A DNA stretch of 59,881 nt, from positions 1 to 59,881 of the IMG/VR virus record IMGVR_UViG_3300046001_001163; one strand, 5' to 3'. The DNA comes from a virus (Duplodnaviria; Caudoviricetes). This document shows, piece by piece, positions 36,051-46,415 of the stretch. The position numbers and the translations under genes are program-made. The stretch's first letter is position 1; the number at the start of each line of letters is the position of its first letter. The notes under the pieces are model-generated. The model ran no database searches, was not told the DNA's origin, and saw nothing but the letters and a program-made list of their open reading frames with translations.

Positions 36051-39000
36051 TAAGGCTTCATACCATATGCTTTAAACTCTTGAAGCAGTTCATTTTTAAT
36101 CACATTTATTTCCAGTGTTATTGGTTTGATTAGAGCTTCTCTTTCTTTAGGAGTTAGCTCTTTCATCTTTCTATATTCTTTAGCTTCATGATATAGGTCA
36201 TTTAAATCACTACCTGTAACCTTATCATATATATCAACTATAGTTTCATCCATTGGGTTAGCAGCTATGTATTTCTCATACTGCTCTGGATTAGACTCAT
36301 ACATCTTTAGCAGACCTCTTTTTTCTTTAATCTGTTCTTCCATCTTACCAAACTCACGAGCATCTACACTAGATGATGTACCAAAGAACGAGCCAATAAG
36401 AGGTAGATCATTTTTAGGACTAAAGTCTTTTTTACCTTTTAATCTCATGTTATACATAGTTTCCCAAAGCCTAGATGCTCCATCAGCATAGCTATTAGCA
36501 AAGAAATATAATGAGTTAGGGGCAATATCAATAGGCTTGCCAGTAAACGGATTGGTCATATTATCTGCCATATACGCCGCTACATCATTCCAAGTTTCTG
36601 GAACTTTATCCCCTCTGTTATAAGCTTCCCCACCTGTACCTGTACCCATAGATTCTTTATAGATATCTTGACCTAGCCCATTTTTATTCAGTGCAAACTC
36701 TAATAAAGGCCTTACTGCGCTTGGTGTAACAGAATCTAAAGCAAACTCTAATGGGTCTTCAAGTGGGTCCATTCTAGAAACTGGTATCGGTACAAATGAG
36801 TCGAGTGAAATTTGCAAAAAGATGTTTTTTAAAGCTTCTTTTATTGGGGTATTTCCGGAGCCTACAGCCGCAAGTTGTGCACCAGCTGACGCAAACGAAC
36901 CTAGACCAAAGCCCCAAGGAATTTGAAATACAATCTCAGTTCCCGGTACATGGAACCTAGCAAACCTAGCCCATTGATCCATATTGTCTGTAGCAGTTTT
37001 GTTTCTACCTTGGTCATCGTCATCTGCCATCATCATAGACATCATGTAAGCCGTTACACCCATACCCATTAAAACGGTTGCCATAATACGAGCATTTTTT
37101 TGTTGGGCTTTATAGTTTTTTGTAAAGCTATTTATAGCACTAGGGTCAGAATATACTCTTTTACCATCGACTTCTTTATATTTAAACGCTCCAGAATTAG
37201 GTAGTCTTTTAACAGCTGCTTCCATAGCACCCGGAAATGCAGGAGCAATGGCCTCTATAGACCTAACAGCACCTGTAGCTGAAGGACGCGCAAACATATA
37301 TAGAGCGCCTAACTCTTTACCATAAGAACCTACTTGTTCAAAGTTAGCTAAGTTTTTTACGTACGATGCAGCTTTTGTGCCAGCGGCGTCTTCTGATAGG
37401 TTTTCATCCATATAAGTCTTTTTCATTACGCCGTATGCGGCTGACCTACTAGCAATTTCAAACATTTCGTTCCATACGTTTACAAAGTAATCTATTTTAG
37501 CTTTAGTATTTAATAGCCCAGATTTTCCTGTAATTTTTAATAGCTCCTCATAGTTAGACTTAACACCCATACTAGCCATATAAGATACTTTCCCACCATG
37601 ATTAATATAGTCCACCATGTCTCTAATATAAGGATCAGTTTTAGCTAATTCTTTTAGTTTATCAGAGTTATTATCTTCATAGAGTTTAGAAACTTTCATA
37701 GCTTTCCATAAACCATTTTGCATGATTACTTTATTTGCTATTGTAGCAATAAATTCTGCACTCTTTTTAGGTCCCCGTTCCGCTCCCATTACCCATGCGT
37801 TTGTAAGTATATCCCGCACAAAGTTCATTGGAGCAAAGTTGTAGTTATACCTAGTATGCACTTGACCTAAAAGACTAGTAACGCTGTTAGCTACATCCCA
37901 GAACGGATGTGAAGAGTCATACGTACGTCTAATAGATTCAAGTATCTTTTTAGATGATGGTTCAAACTTTATAATAACAATACTACCATCAGCGTTGTAA
38001 TGTAAGATACGCATATCTGAACTAGTATCTTTAACAGTATTTCTTTCAGAGAAAGGTATAATTTTCTCTATGTTAGCATTTAAAAGCTTTACTCCTTTTG
38101 AGTCAGGTGTAGCGGCGTTTAATATAGACTGAGTTAAATTCTTTCTACCTGCACGGTCAGCGGCTCTACTTGCATCAGTGATAGTTTGCAATACAACGTT
38201 CTCTGCATCATCACCACGACCACCCCATGCTTTAGCAAAGTCTTGATACTCTTTACCTTGTTTAACAGTATCTAAATCAAAAAACTCATCTACGGTATTA
38301 TGTTTTGGATTACCTTTAAATGGCGAGTAGTCTTCCCATCCGTAAAATGCTACCCAATTACCTACAGGCTTAGACCAAAAATTAGATTCTTTATCCATCT
38401 TCTTAGTATTTTCACTAAGCTCTTTCATAGAATCAAATATTTTTTTAATTAAAGCATGAGTTTTTGGGTCTGTACTAGCTAGATTATTATATTCATCTAC
38501 ATAACTATTTTCTTGTTCAGCAGATATGCCTAACGTGTTGTACTTACTATTATTAGGATTGCCATCTTTAGGGTCTAACGGCGCCGCATAAAGAGCAACT
38601 AAACCATTTACTTCGTCCCGTAGTAGTTTAGCATCAGCTTCTGATAATCTAGGATCATTTAACAAACCTTTATTTGGACTAGCTGGATTAGCTCTATCCC
38701 CTATAATCTCAAACCTACGATCTTGTGGGCTTATCATAGTGCCATCTAGCTTACGTTTTATAACTTCCTTAGTAGACAATGGAACAGTCATAACAAACTT
38801 AGTCAGACGGCGTTCTTTACCGTTTAAACCTAGTCTAAAGTTTTGTATAACATTAAGCGTATCGTCTATAGTATTGCCTTTCAAATGATTATTAAGTTCT
38901 TTAAGGCTTTCTTGCATACTCTCTAAAGGCTTAATTATAAATTTCTTTCTATAGTTTAAGGCCCCTTGTTGGGCTAAAGTAAGTTGCTCATAGATATTAT

Positions 39001-42000
39001 TAAATGCTTTAGCAGGGTCACTTATTATTTTATCAGCTAGTTTAAGTGCATCTTCCCATCTCTTAGCAAAATACCTATCATTTTGAAGCGCATGTACTGT
39101 ATGTGTCCAACCATCTACTGTAAAGAACCTGTGCATAAAGTAAGGTAGTCTTTTAATCTTAGGTTGTTTTAAAGCTGTTTTACCTGTTTTAGTAAATGCA
39201 CTTGTTATGCCTACGTCAGCTTCAGCTTTTTTTGCTTCAGGTTTAGCAAATGCACTCTGTACGCCAGCTTTCTTCTTAGCAAACGAAATACCTTTACCTG
39301 TGTACCCTTCAGTAGGTAACGATGTTAGAGTTAAAATGTCATGGAAAGACTCAGCTAATATAGACGTAGGTATAAAGTTTTTATCAAATAAGGCTTTACC
39401 TATGTTATTAACTATCTCAGTTAATAGATTCTTAGCTTTACTATAAGTAGACACACTAGGCATACCGTTAAGAGCAGCTTGAAAAGCCCTGTTGGACATA
39501 GTCTCAGCTATAAACTCTTTAATTGTGCCTATTTCAAACTTAGTACCTAAAGCTGCTTTTGCTACTTTATAGTTTACATCCAGTCGGTTAAGAGCTGCTT
39601 TTTGTTCTTCAGTTAATGATGCTGCAAACTTTTTGTTCTTTCTATTATCTATCATATGATCTGTTAGATAATGCGCCATTTCATGCAATACAACTTCTTC
39701 TAAACTTCTAGTTCCAATATATTCTTTGTTCTTACCATTTAAAGTTATAACGCCTGTAGCTGGGTCAAACTGCCCATCAGCATTATCTATAGTCTCACCT
39801 AGTCTAAATACTACTTTCGGTGCATTATTACCCTCAGCAAGCTTATCTACTAAGTCCATTAACTTCAGAGCTAAATTTTTAACTGAAGGTGTAGAACCGT
39901 TTTCACTAATAATATATAGAGGCCCAGTAAAAGTGTTTAAATCTTTAAAACCTAGGGCAGCTTGCAAAGCCTTCTGAGAACTAGATATGATTTTAGCAGC
40001 TGGAGCTTTAGGCGCTGTAACGGCGAGGCTTTCTTTCAATTCTAGCTTTAACTGTTTATCTGCTTCTGCCATTTCTATTAGCTGGTCAGACGTATACTTA
40101 ATAGCTCTTATATCACTATCTATGTCTCTAACAGCTTTATTAGTTTTATCACTAACAGTTTCTTCTTGCTCTGCTTCTTGCTCTGTTTCTTTCGCTTTAG
40201 TTTCTTCTGCATGTCTGGAAAAAAGGTTTGCATTTACATGAACCGCAAGGTTCTCTTCCATTGCTTTATTTACAGCTATTTTTTGCTCAGGAGTCAAAGT
40301 TTTTATAAACTCAGCCCTATTTTTTGCAGCTTCTAAACGTAATGCTCCACCTTTATCTGTACCTTTATGCCAATTCTTTAATTCAGCTTTATTTTCTTTA
40401 TATAGTTTTACTACTTCCGAAAGTTTCATAAACTTTAAAACATCGTTTGTAGTATATTTTGGTGCTTTTATTGCATCTAAAGCTTCTTTCTTTAAATCTT
40501 TAAAATGTTTTACCCACTCTTTACTAAGAGGACCTGATTTTTCCTTAAAAGCTATTTGCGATGCAAAACTATCCTCTACTTCTTTTTTTGCATCTTCGGA
40601 CTCCCTATTTGCTTTTTCTTGCGCAATCTGCATTTGAGCTTTAATCTTTGGCTCTATACTCTTTTGCCACGCCGCTGACTCTACCATATCAATAGCTTCT
40701 GCAGCTCCGGCATGTTTAATACCCTCTTCCACAGTTTTAGGGGCATTAGCTTCTTGTATATGTATTTGATTTAAGAAGTTATCAGCTGAAGGTTCTACAG
40801 TTGGTTTATAACCTTTTTCGTATCTTATTATATTATCTAACCCTTCCTCTTCTTTAGGAGCTTCTTTAGCTATTTTAGCTATTACAGCAGTGGCTAATTG
40901 CTCAGGAGTATGTTCAGCATTAAACTCTTCACCTAGTACTTTTTTAGCTAAAGGTTCTATAACCTTCTTAGGTACTACATAACCGGGTTTTTTAATATTT
41001 TTTATTTGGTTAAGCTCTGTCTCATTTAAAACTGGGACTAGCTCGCCTTCTTGTTCTTGCTCTGGTACTTTAACTGCTTCTGTTTCTAAAGCTATAGGTT
41101 TAATATCATTACTAATATCTGAGCTGTGTAAGTTTCCTTGTTGATCTTTGTAAAAAGTAGCCTCAAAAGGGTCACTAAGGTCTTTAACAGGTACTAATTG
41201 AACAGGTATTGGGGCTTTTAATGGTCTATTAGGAAATCTAGGCGATACTACATCATTTAAAAGATGTGTAGGGGTAAACTCTTGCGCTTGTTTTTCTATA
41301 AGAGCACTGATATTGCTGAGTTCTTCATCTTGTTCATCAATAGATAAATTTTGTTCAGCTTCTGACACATTATGCGGCGTTACAGTACTACCCACCTCTT
41401 GTACGTCTTTTTCTTTTTGTTGCTGCTCTTGGTATTCTCTGTATCTTGCATTTGCTGCATTAAATGAATACGGGTGAGTATTATTTTTACCTTTAGCGTC
41501 CGTAAGTTTAAGGTGCGCATCGTAATATTCACCTGCTGGTACAGCAGCGCCTACTTCTCCTAATAAACCTTCTTTATCTATTACAGCTGCATAACGGTCT
41601 AACTTTTTTCCTTTAAAAGAAATATATTGATTTTCTTCTTTCTTTTGCTCTTCTTGCTCCTGCTCCACAGATTTTATTTTAGCTTGCTCTTCTTCACTTG
41701 CTGCTTCAGTACCACCTACTAGGGTGGCAAAGTCTTTATCTTGAGTAGTTTGGTCAACGGCGGCTTCAACTACTTTAGCTTCGTCAAAAGCTTTTTGTTC
41801 TTCTTCCTTTTCCACTTCGCCTGTTGTAGTATCAGGAGGTGGAATTGTTGGAGCCGTTTCAGTACCGCCTGAGATAGCACCTACAGTGCCGCCCATAATA
41901 GCACCTAATAGACCACCTTTAATTGCAGCGTCTTCAACACCTTCTAACAACGGCTTGTCCGTAGCATAGTTCTGAAACATCTTTTCTTGCGCTGATTGTG

Positions 42001-42778
42001 GTGCTTCTTCTAATACGCCCTCACCTAATGTAGAAGTTACAATTCTTCTAAACATACTTGGAGATACAGCTTCTGCTTCACCTACAGTCTCAGCTAAGGC
42101 TTTCTTAGCGCTACCAACTAACAACGTATCAACGTCAATACCGCCAAGCGCAGTTGTTAATTTACTACCCACTGCACCTAGTACACCCGTACCTACACCA
42201 GAACCCAATGCAGAGATTGCTCCTTTACCAGAGAGTTCTTTATCTTCAGACTCTGAGCGTATGCTTGAAGCAGCGCTACCAGCGCCTATTAAACCTTCAC
42301 CTACACCTGCGGCAGTAGCGGTTCCTAAACCTGCAGCTACTTTAGCTACTTTACCCATAATACCGCCAGCTGCTATAGACGGAACGGACTCCATTAACAT
42401 GCCACCAACAGCACTTGGATTAGCTATGGCAGCTAGTATATTACCTGTAATGCCTTCAGCTTTACTAAGGGCAGCGGCTTCAGCTTTTTGTCGTGGTGAA
42501 TATTGCTCGTCTAATAGCTTTTGATTTTTTTCAAAGTCGTAGCCTTTCTCTTCAAGATACTTGCCCGGACTAACACCAAACGGAGTACCAGCTATATCAG
42601 CCAAACCTACTAGTGCTTGTGGTACACCTATAATACCTTTAGCAGCAGATACACCTACATCACTAGCAAACTCTCCAAATGTACGTTCAGGTAGCTTTTC
42701 TTCTGGTTTTGGTGCATCAAATTGGTCAAATACATTTTTAGTTGGGGCTGAATCAAATTGGTCAAATACATTAGCCAT
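36047..42778 (-). CDS. Large internal virion/ejection protein (polyvalent: zincin-like HExxH and LPD38-like C-terminus)
   Basis: 2243 aa; N-terminal NVFDQFD x2 and Gly/Ala-rich hydrophobic region; VVLHEMAH...EFIAE; C-terminal ANF...G...ALYMF...QIPWGFG...P..E.A.NKN..G pattern. Confidence 0.75.
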   Translation of the reverse strand: MANVFDQFDSAPTKNVFDQFDAPKPEEKLPERTFGEFASDVGVSAAKGIIGVPQALVGLADIAGTPFGVSPGKYLEEKGYDFEKNQKLLDEQYSPRQKAEAAALSKAEGITGNILAAIANPSAVGGMLMESVPSIAAGGIMGKVAKVAAGLGTATAAGVGEGLIGAGSAASSIRSESEDKELSGKGAISALGSGVGTGVLGAVGSKLTTALGGIDVDTLLVGSAKKALAETVGEAEAVSPSMFRRIVTSTLGEGVLEEAPQSAQEKMFQNYATDKPLLEGVEDAAIKGGLLGAIMGGTVGAISGGTETAPTIPPPDTTTGEVEKEEEQKAFDEAKVVEAAVDQTTQDKDFATLVGGTEAASEEEQAKIKSVEQEQEEQKKEENQYISFKGKKLDRYAAVIDKEGLLGEVGAAVPAGEYYDAHLKLTDAKGKNNTHPYSFNAANARYREYQEQQQKEKDVQEVGSTVTPHNVSEAEQNLSIDEQDEELSNISALIEKQAQEFTPTHLLNDVVSPRFPNRPLKAPIPVQLVPVKDLSDPFEATFYKDQQGNLHSSDISNDIKPIALETEAVKVPEQEQEGELVPVLNETELNQIKNIKKPGYVVPKKVIEPLAKKVLGEEFNAEHTPEQLATAVIAKIAKEAPKEEEGLDNIIRYEKGYKPTVEPSADNFLNQIHIQEANAPKTVEEGIKHAGAAEAIDMVESAAWQKSIEPKIKAQMQIAQEKANRESEDAKKEVEDSFASQIAFKEKSGPLSKEWVKHFKDLKKEALDAIKAPKYTTNDVLKFMKLSEVVKLYKENKAELKNWHKGTDKGGALRLEAAKNRAEFIKTLTPEQKIAVNKAMEENLAVHVNANLFSRHAEETKAKETEQEAEQEETVSDKTNKAVRDIDSDIRAIKYTSDQLIEMAEADKQLKLELKESLAVTAPKAPAAKIISSSQKALQAALGFKDLNTFTGPLYIISENGSTPSVKNLALKLMDLVDKLAEGNNAPKVVFRLGETIDNADGQFDPATGVITLNGKNKEYIGTRSLEEVVLHEMAHYLTDHMIDNRKNKKFAASLTEEQKAALNRLDVNYKVAKAALGTKFEIGTIKEFIAETMSNRAFQAALNGMPSVSTYSKAKNLLTEIVNNIGKALFDKNFIPTSILAESFHDILTLTSLPTEGYTGKGISFAKKKAGVQSAFAKPEAKKAEADVGITSAFTKTGKTALKQPKIKRLPYFMHRFFTVDGWTHTVHALQNDRYFAKRWEDALKLADKIISDPAKAFNNIYEQLTLAQQGALNYRKKFIIKPLESMQESLKELNNHLKGNTIDDTLNVIQNFRLGLNGKERRLTKFVMTVPLSTKEVIKRKLDGTMISPQDRRFEIIGDRANPASPNKGLLNDPRLSEADAKLLRDEVNGLVALYAAPLDPKDGNPNNSKYNTLGISAEQENSYVDEYNNLASTDPKTHALIKKIFDSMKELSENTKKMDKESNFWSKPVGNWVAFYGWEDYSPFKGNPKHNTVDEFFDLDTVKQGKEYQDFAKAWGGRGDDAENVVLQTITDASRAADRAGRKNLTQSILNAATPDSKGVKLLNANIEKIIPFSERNTVKDTSSDMRILHYNADGSIVIIKFEPSSKKILESIRRTYDSSHPFWDVANSVTSLLGQVHTRYNYNFAPMNFVRDILTNAWVMGAERGPKKSAEFIATIANKVIMQNGLWKAMKVSKLYEDNNSDKLKELAKTDPYIRDMVDYINHGGKVSYMASMGVKSNYEELLKITGKSGLLNTKAKIDYFVNVWNEMFEIASRSAAYGVMKKTYMDENLSEDAAGTKAASYVKNLANFEQVGSYGKELGALYMFARPSATGAVRSIEAIAPAFPGAMEAAVKRLPNSGAFKYKEVDGKRVYSDPSAINSFTKNYKAQQKNARIMATVLMGMGVTAYMMSMMMADDDDQGRNKTATDNMDQWARFARFHVPGTEIVFQIPWGFGLGSFASAGAQLAAVGSGNTPIKEALKNIFLQISLDSFVPIPVSRMDPLEDPLEFALDSVTPSAVRPLLEFALNKNGLGQDIYKESMGTGTGGEAYNRGDKVPETWNDVAAYMADNMTNPFTGKPIDIAPNSLYFFANSYADGASRLWETMYNMRLKGKKDFSPKNDLPLIGSFFGTSSSVDAREFGKMEEQIKEKRGLLKMYESNPEQYEKYIAANPMDETIVDIYDKVTGSDLNDLYHEAKEYRKMKELTPKEREALIKPITLEINVIKNELLQEFKAYGMKPY

Positions 42779-45700
42779 TACATTCCCTCTGGTAAATATC
42801 CAAATTTCTGTTTAAATTGCTCTTTAGCATTAGGATTAGCTTTTAAATACTCAATAGCCGCAGGTGGCGCTGTTTCAACACTTGTTTCAGAAGCATTTTC
42901 AGTATCTACCTCCTCCGCCATATTTATTTCATTTTTATAAAATGAGTCCCTTTTTTTAAGTACAACTAATTCCTTCTTTAACTCAGTTACTTTATCAGCA
43001 TTCTTAGCTGCATACTCAGGGCTAGATAGATATCTATTAAGTTTTTTATTGACCTCTACCATAGCTTTATCATTTGATACAATTTTAGGTCCCAATGCTA
43101 CTAATGAGTCAGCTCTAGACCCACTTCTAGCCTTTGCAGCCTCTACAGTAGCTCCTGCTGCTATTTTTTGTTGGTATTCTTGAGACTCTCTATTCTTAGC
43201 ATTTTCAGAAACAGTTTGATCTAATCTATATTTATCTACAGCTAGAGTAGTTATAGTCTCATCGTGTTTCATAAGTTTAGCAGCGGCTTTCTCTCTTTCA
43301 GCTGCAGCTGCGTCTATTTGTCCCATTGCATCAAGACGTATAGAATGTTCAAGCATGTATGTAGACTTATCTAAATCTTTTATCATAGCTTTATTTTCTT
43401 TAGTATCCTTCATAACGCTAGGCAGCGTTTCTCTTAATGCTTTCATACCAGCAACTAAAGGAGCACCGGGAGTTGAAGCCCAATTAGCCCCAAATTCCAT
43501 AAGGCGCATACCCATTTGTTGTCTAAGCTCATCAGGAGCATCAGCTTTTTGTTTAGCTAGGTCTGCACGATAAGCTTCAGTTCCAGTATCTTTACCTAAG
43601 AATCTTTCCTCAAGGTCTTTTCTTTGTTGGATACGATCTTCGATGGGTATATCAGCTTCTTTTTTAGCTTCATCATAGGTTTTTTGTTTTTGAGCCATTA
43701 AAGCATCTAGTTCATCTGACTGCACTGCTGGTACTACAGCTCGTTGTGGTAATGGTATTCCAGCTGGTTGTACAGGTGTTGCTACAGGTGTTGCTACTGG
43801 TGTTGCTACAGGCGTTACTACAGGCTCTGCTTGTTCAAGTACAATAGGCGCAGCCCCAATGCCCATATCTGTCTTATTAGCTACTATACCTGCTCGTTCT
43901 TGTAACTCTGACCTTTTTTCATGCCTCTTTAATAAAGGGTTTCCTTGTTCATCAACCAAACTACCGTCTGGTTTACCTTTATCACTAGCAAATGCAACAA
44001 TTCCACCTTTAGCTAGTTTAGTAGCAAGCACTTCTTTGGCTAAACCTGTTTGTACAGCACTCTCATTTTTTTGAATGATAGCTTGCAAACGAGGTCTGTC
44101 TAAATCTTCCAACTTACTGCGCATACTTTCTTCAATACTACCGCCTAGCTTATACCCAACGATACCTCCTTTAGCATAACCTTTGTCTTTAATTGCACCG
44201 CCGTCAGCTTTTAGTGCAGCATAAGCACCCAGACCAGTAGCCGCTAGACCGCCAATTTGACTTGCCATACCCGGTTGAGCTTGGTATTGAGTTTGCGTAG
44301 TATTGCCTGTCTGAGTACCATGTAAAAGATCAGACATAAAGCCCAACTGCATATACGGATACTGTTGAGCATTTTGGTAGTTGAGTATGGCTTGGTTAAT
44401 AGCTTGTTGTTGTTGAGCTTGTTGTTGCCCACCGATCGTATTCTGAGTATTCATTACTCCAGTTTGTGCGGCAAGCTCTGCGGTGCCTAAGTTACCTAAA
44501 GTAGCCGCAGTATTACTTGACCCTGCATACCCTTGTTGGGCACCTTGTACACCTTGAAGACCTGCTTGCGCCCCAGCCATACCTTGTTGCGTTCCAGCCA
44601 TAGCTTGATTAATCCCTGCTTGTGCACCGCTAACGCCTTGTAGACCATATCCCACACCTTGAAGTGCTTGCCCCATACCCGCTTGTTGCATTTGAGAAGC
44701 ATTAGTTTGGGCTTGCACACCTGACAAACCAATTTGCGCACCTTGAAGTGCTTGATTAGCCCCTTGTTGTTGCATTTGAGAAGCATTAGTTTGTGCTTGT
44801 ACACCTTGAAGACCCGCTTGGGCACCCGCTACACCTTGTTGATAACCTTGAAGAGCTGTATTAACACCAGAAAGACCTTGTTGATAACCTTGTAATCCAG
44901 TTTGCATAGCTTGATTACCCGCTTGCATTCCTTGTAGACCTAAGTTTGCACCAAACTGTTGATTTGCATTTGCAGCTGTATAGGCGTTTTGTAACCCAGT
45001 TGCGTAAATACCACCAATAGCTGTGTTTCTATTACGTTCATTTTCAGAAGCCATAAGAGCTTCACGAGTACCACCAAACGCCCCTGCTTGCGTTGCTTGC
45101 CCTTGTTGTTGAGCACCTGTTATATCATACTGACGATTAGCCGCACTTACTTGTTGTGCCATAACATTCTGCATATACGGAGACATATACGCGCCTACCG
45201 AATTAGGATCAGTAGCTTGTTGTGCATATTGCGCACCAGCGCCGTAACCTTGTCCAGCCATACCAGCAGCTTGCATACCTAAGTCAGCACTTTGAGCTCC
45301 GTAACCAAGTCCACCTATTGAACCTACATTGGCAGCGTCTTGCCCAAATTCGGCACCTTGACCACCGTACATACCCGCTTGAGCTTGTTGTTGTCCAGCT
45401 TGGTTGGCTGATGCTAATGCACTACCCATACCAATATCCATACCCTGAGCTCCGTACATACCCGCTTGAGCTTGTTGTTGTCCTGCTTGGTTGGCTGATG
45501 TTAAAGCACTTAAGTTGCCTAAATCAGAACCTTGACCTCCGTAATTAAGGGCCTGTTGTGCTGATTCTAAACCACCAGCAATACCTATACCTTGCCCCGT
45601 TTGTCCAGATTGATAACCTTGATCACCGTAACCCAAAGCTGTTTGTGCTGAACCTAATTGACCGATACCTGCAACCCCTGCCATTTGTGTAGCTGGTGCA

Positions 45701-45993
45701 AATTGACCGGGAACTTGTAAACCAGCTGCACTGGTTTGAGCTTGTTGTTGTAGTGGACTAAACCCCGCAACATAATCTTCAGCGTTAGTACTATACGGTT
45801 TATAAGTATCCTGTGTTAAAGTTTGCGCACTATTAAGCATCTTTTTATAGTACGGCATTAACTGCGAGGGTATGCTATTTATATTTTGAGTGGTAGTAGA
45901 AGGCTGAGACGGCATTTTAGGCGCATCGCCATAAAACCGTGGGCAGATATACGTGAAAAAGAATTTGTGAAGGCTACTTGGTTTAAATATCAT
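42778..45993 (-). CDS. Internal virion/DNA ejection protein (Q/G/A-rich)
   Basis: 1071 aa; YMSPY...AGAFGGTR motif and QG-rich repeats typical of podovirus DNA-transfer proteins. Confidence 0.7.
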   Translation of the reverse strand: MIFKPSSLHKFFFTYICPRFYGDAPKMPSQPSTTTQNINSIPSQLMPYYKKMLNSAQTLTQDTYKPYSTNAEDYVAGFSPLQQQAQTSAAGLQVPGQFAPATQMAGVAGIGQLGSAQTALGYGDQGYQSGQTGQGIGIAGGLESAQQALNYGGQGSDLGNLSALTSANQAGQQQAQAGMYGAQGMDIGMGSALASANQAGQQQAQAGMYGGQGAEFGQDAANVGSIGGLGYGAQSADLGMQAAGMAGQGYGAGAQYAQQATDPNSVGAYMSPYMQNVMAQQVSAANRQYDITGAQQQGQATQAGAFGGTREALMASENERNRNTAIGGIYATGLQNAYTAANANQQFGANLGLQGMQAGNQAMQTGLQGYQQGLSGVNTALQGYQQGVAGAQAGLQGVQAQTNASQMQQQGANQALQGAQIGLSGVQAQTNASQMQQAGMGQALQGVGYGLQGVSGAQAGINQAMAGTQQGMAGAQAGLQGVQGAQQGYAGSSNTAATLGNLGTAELAAQTGVMNTQNTIGGQQQAQQQQAINQAILNYQNAQQYPYMQLGFMSDLLHGTQTGNTTQTQYQAQPGMASQIGGLAATGLGAYAALKADGGAIKDKGYAKGGIVGYKLGGSIEESMRSKLEDLDRPRLQAIIQKNESAVQTGLAKEVLATKLAKGGIVAFASDKGKPDGSLVDEQGNPLLKRHEKRSELQERAGIVANKTDMGIGAAPIVLEQAEPVVTPVATPVATPVATPVQPAGIPLPQRAVVPAVQSDELDALMAQKQKTYDEAKKEADIPIEDRIQQRKDLEERFLGKDTGTEAYRADLAKQKADAPDELRQQMGMRLMEFGANWASTPGAPLVAGMKALRETLPSVMKDTKENKAMIKDLDKSTYMLEHSIRLDAMGQIDAAAAEREKAAAKLMKHDETITTLAVDKYRLDQTVSENAKNRESQEYQQKIAAGATVEAAKARSGSRADSLVALGPKIVSNDKAMVEVNKKLNRYLSSPEYAAKNADKVTELKKELVVLKKRDSFYKNEINMAEEVDTENASETSVETAPPAAIEYLKANPNAKEQFKQKFGYLPEGM

Positions 45994-46415
45994 AATACTA
46001 ACTCCAGACTAATTTGGTTACTAGGGGTAAAGCCCATCTTGTTTTTTAATAATCGTGCTACAGAGGGTCTAGCCGAACACTCTACTCGTGTTGCGCCCAT
46101 AGCTTTTAACCACTTTATAAACTCATTATATATTTCTAACTCGGCACCTATATTAGCGCCAAAAGTAGTTATATACGCTACTCTAGAATTGGGGTAGTTA
46201 CACCATTGGATTGTAACCTCCCCTTGAAGCTCCCCGTTCTCATTAACTCCAACAAGCATAACTTGTTCACCTTTAATAATATATTCTTTTAGGTTATCTA
46301 TAGAGTAGTAATTAGATAATAAACTTTTTTTAAATACAGGTGTGATCCACCGTTCAACTTCAGGCCACACTTGATGTATATAAATAGGGTCTACGTGCTG
46401 TACTTTTATACTCAT
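45990..46415 (-). CDS. GNAT-like protein of the ejection module
   Basis: 141 aa; beta-rich core with AYITTFGA...MGATRVECSAR..VARLL...GF; position resembles T7 gp13/P22 gp14-type genes. Confidence 0.55.
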   Translation of the reverse strand: MSIKVQHVDPIYIHQVWPEVERWITPVFKKSLLSNYYSIDNLKEYIIKGEQVMLVGVNENGELQGEVTIQWCNYPNSRVAYITTFGANIGAELEIYNEFIKWLKAMGATRVECSARPSVARLLKNKMGFTPSNQISLELVL

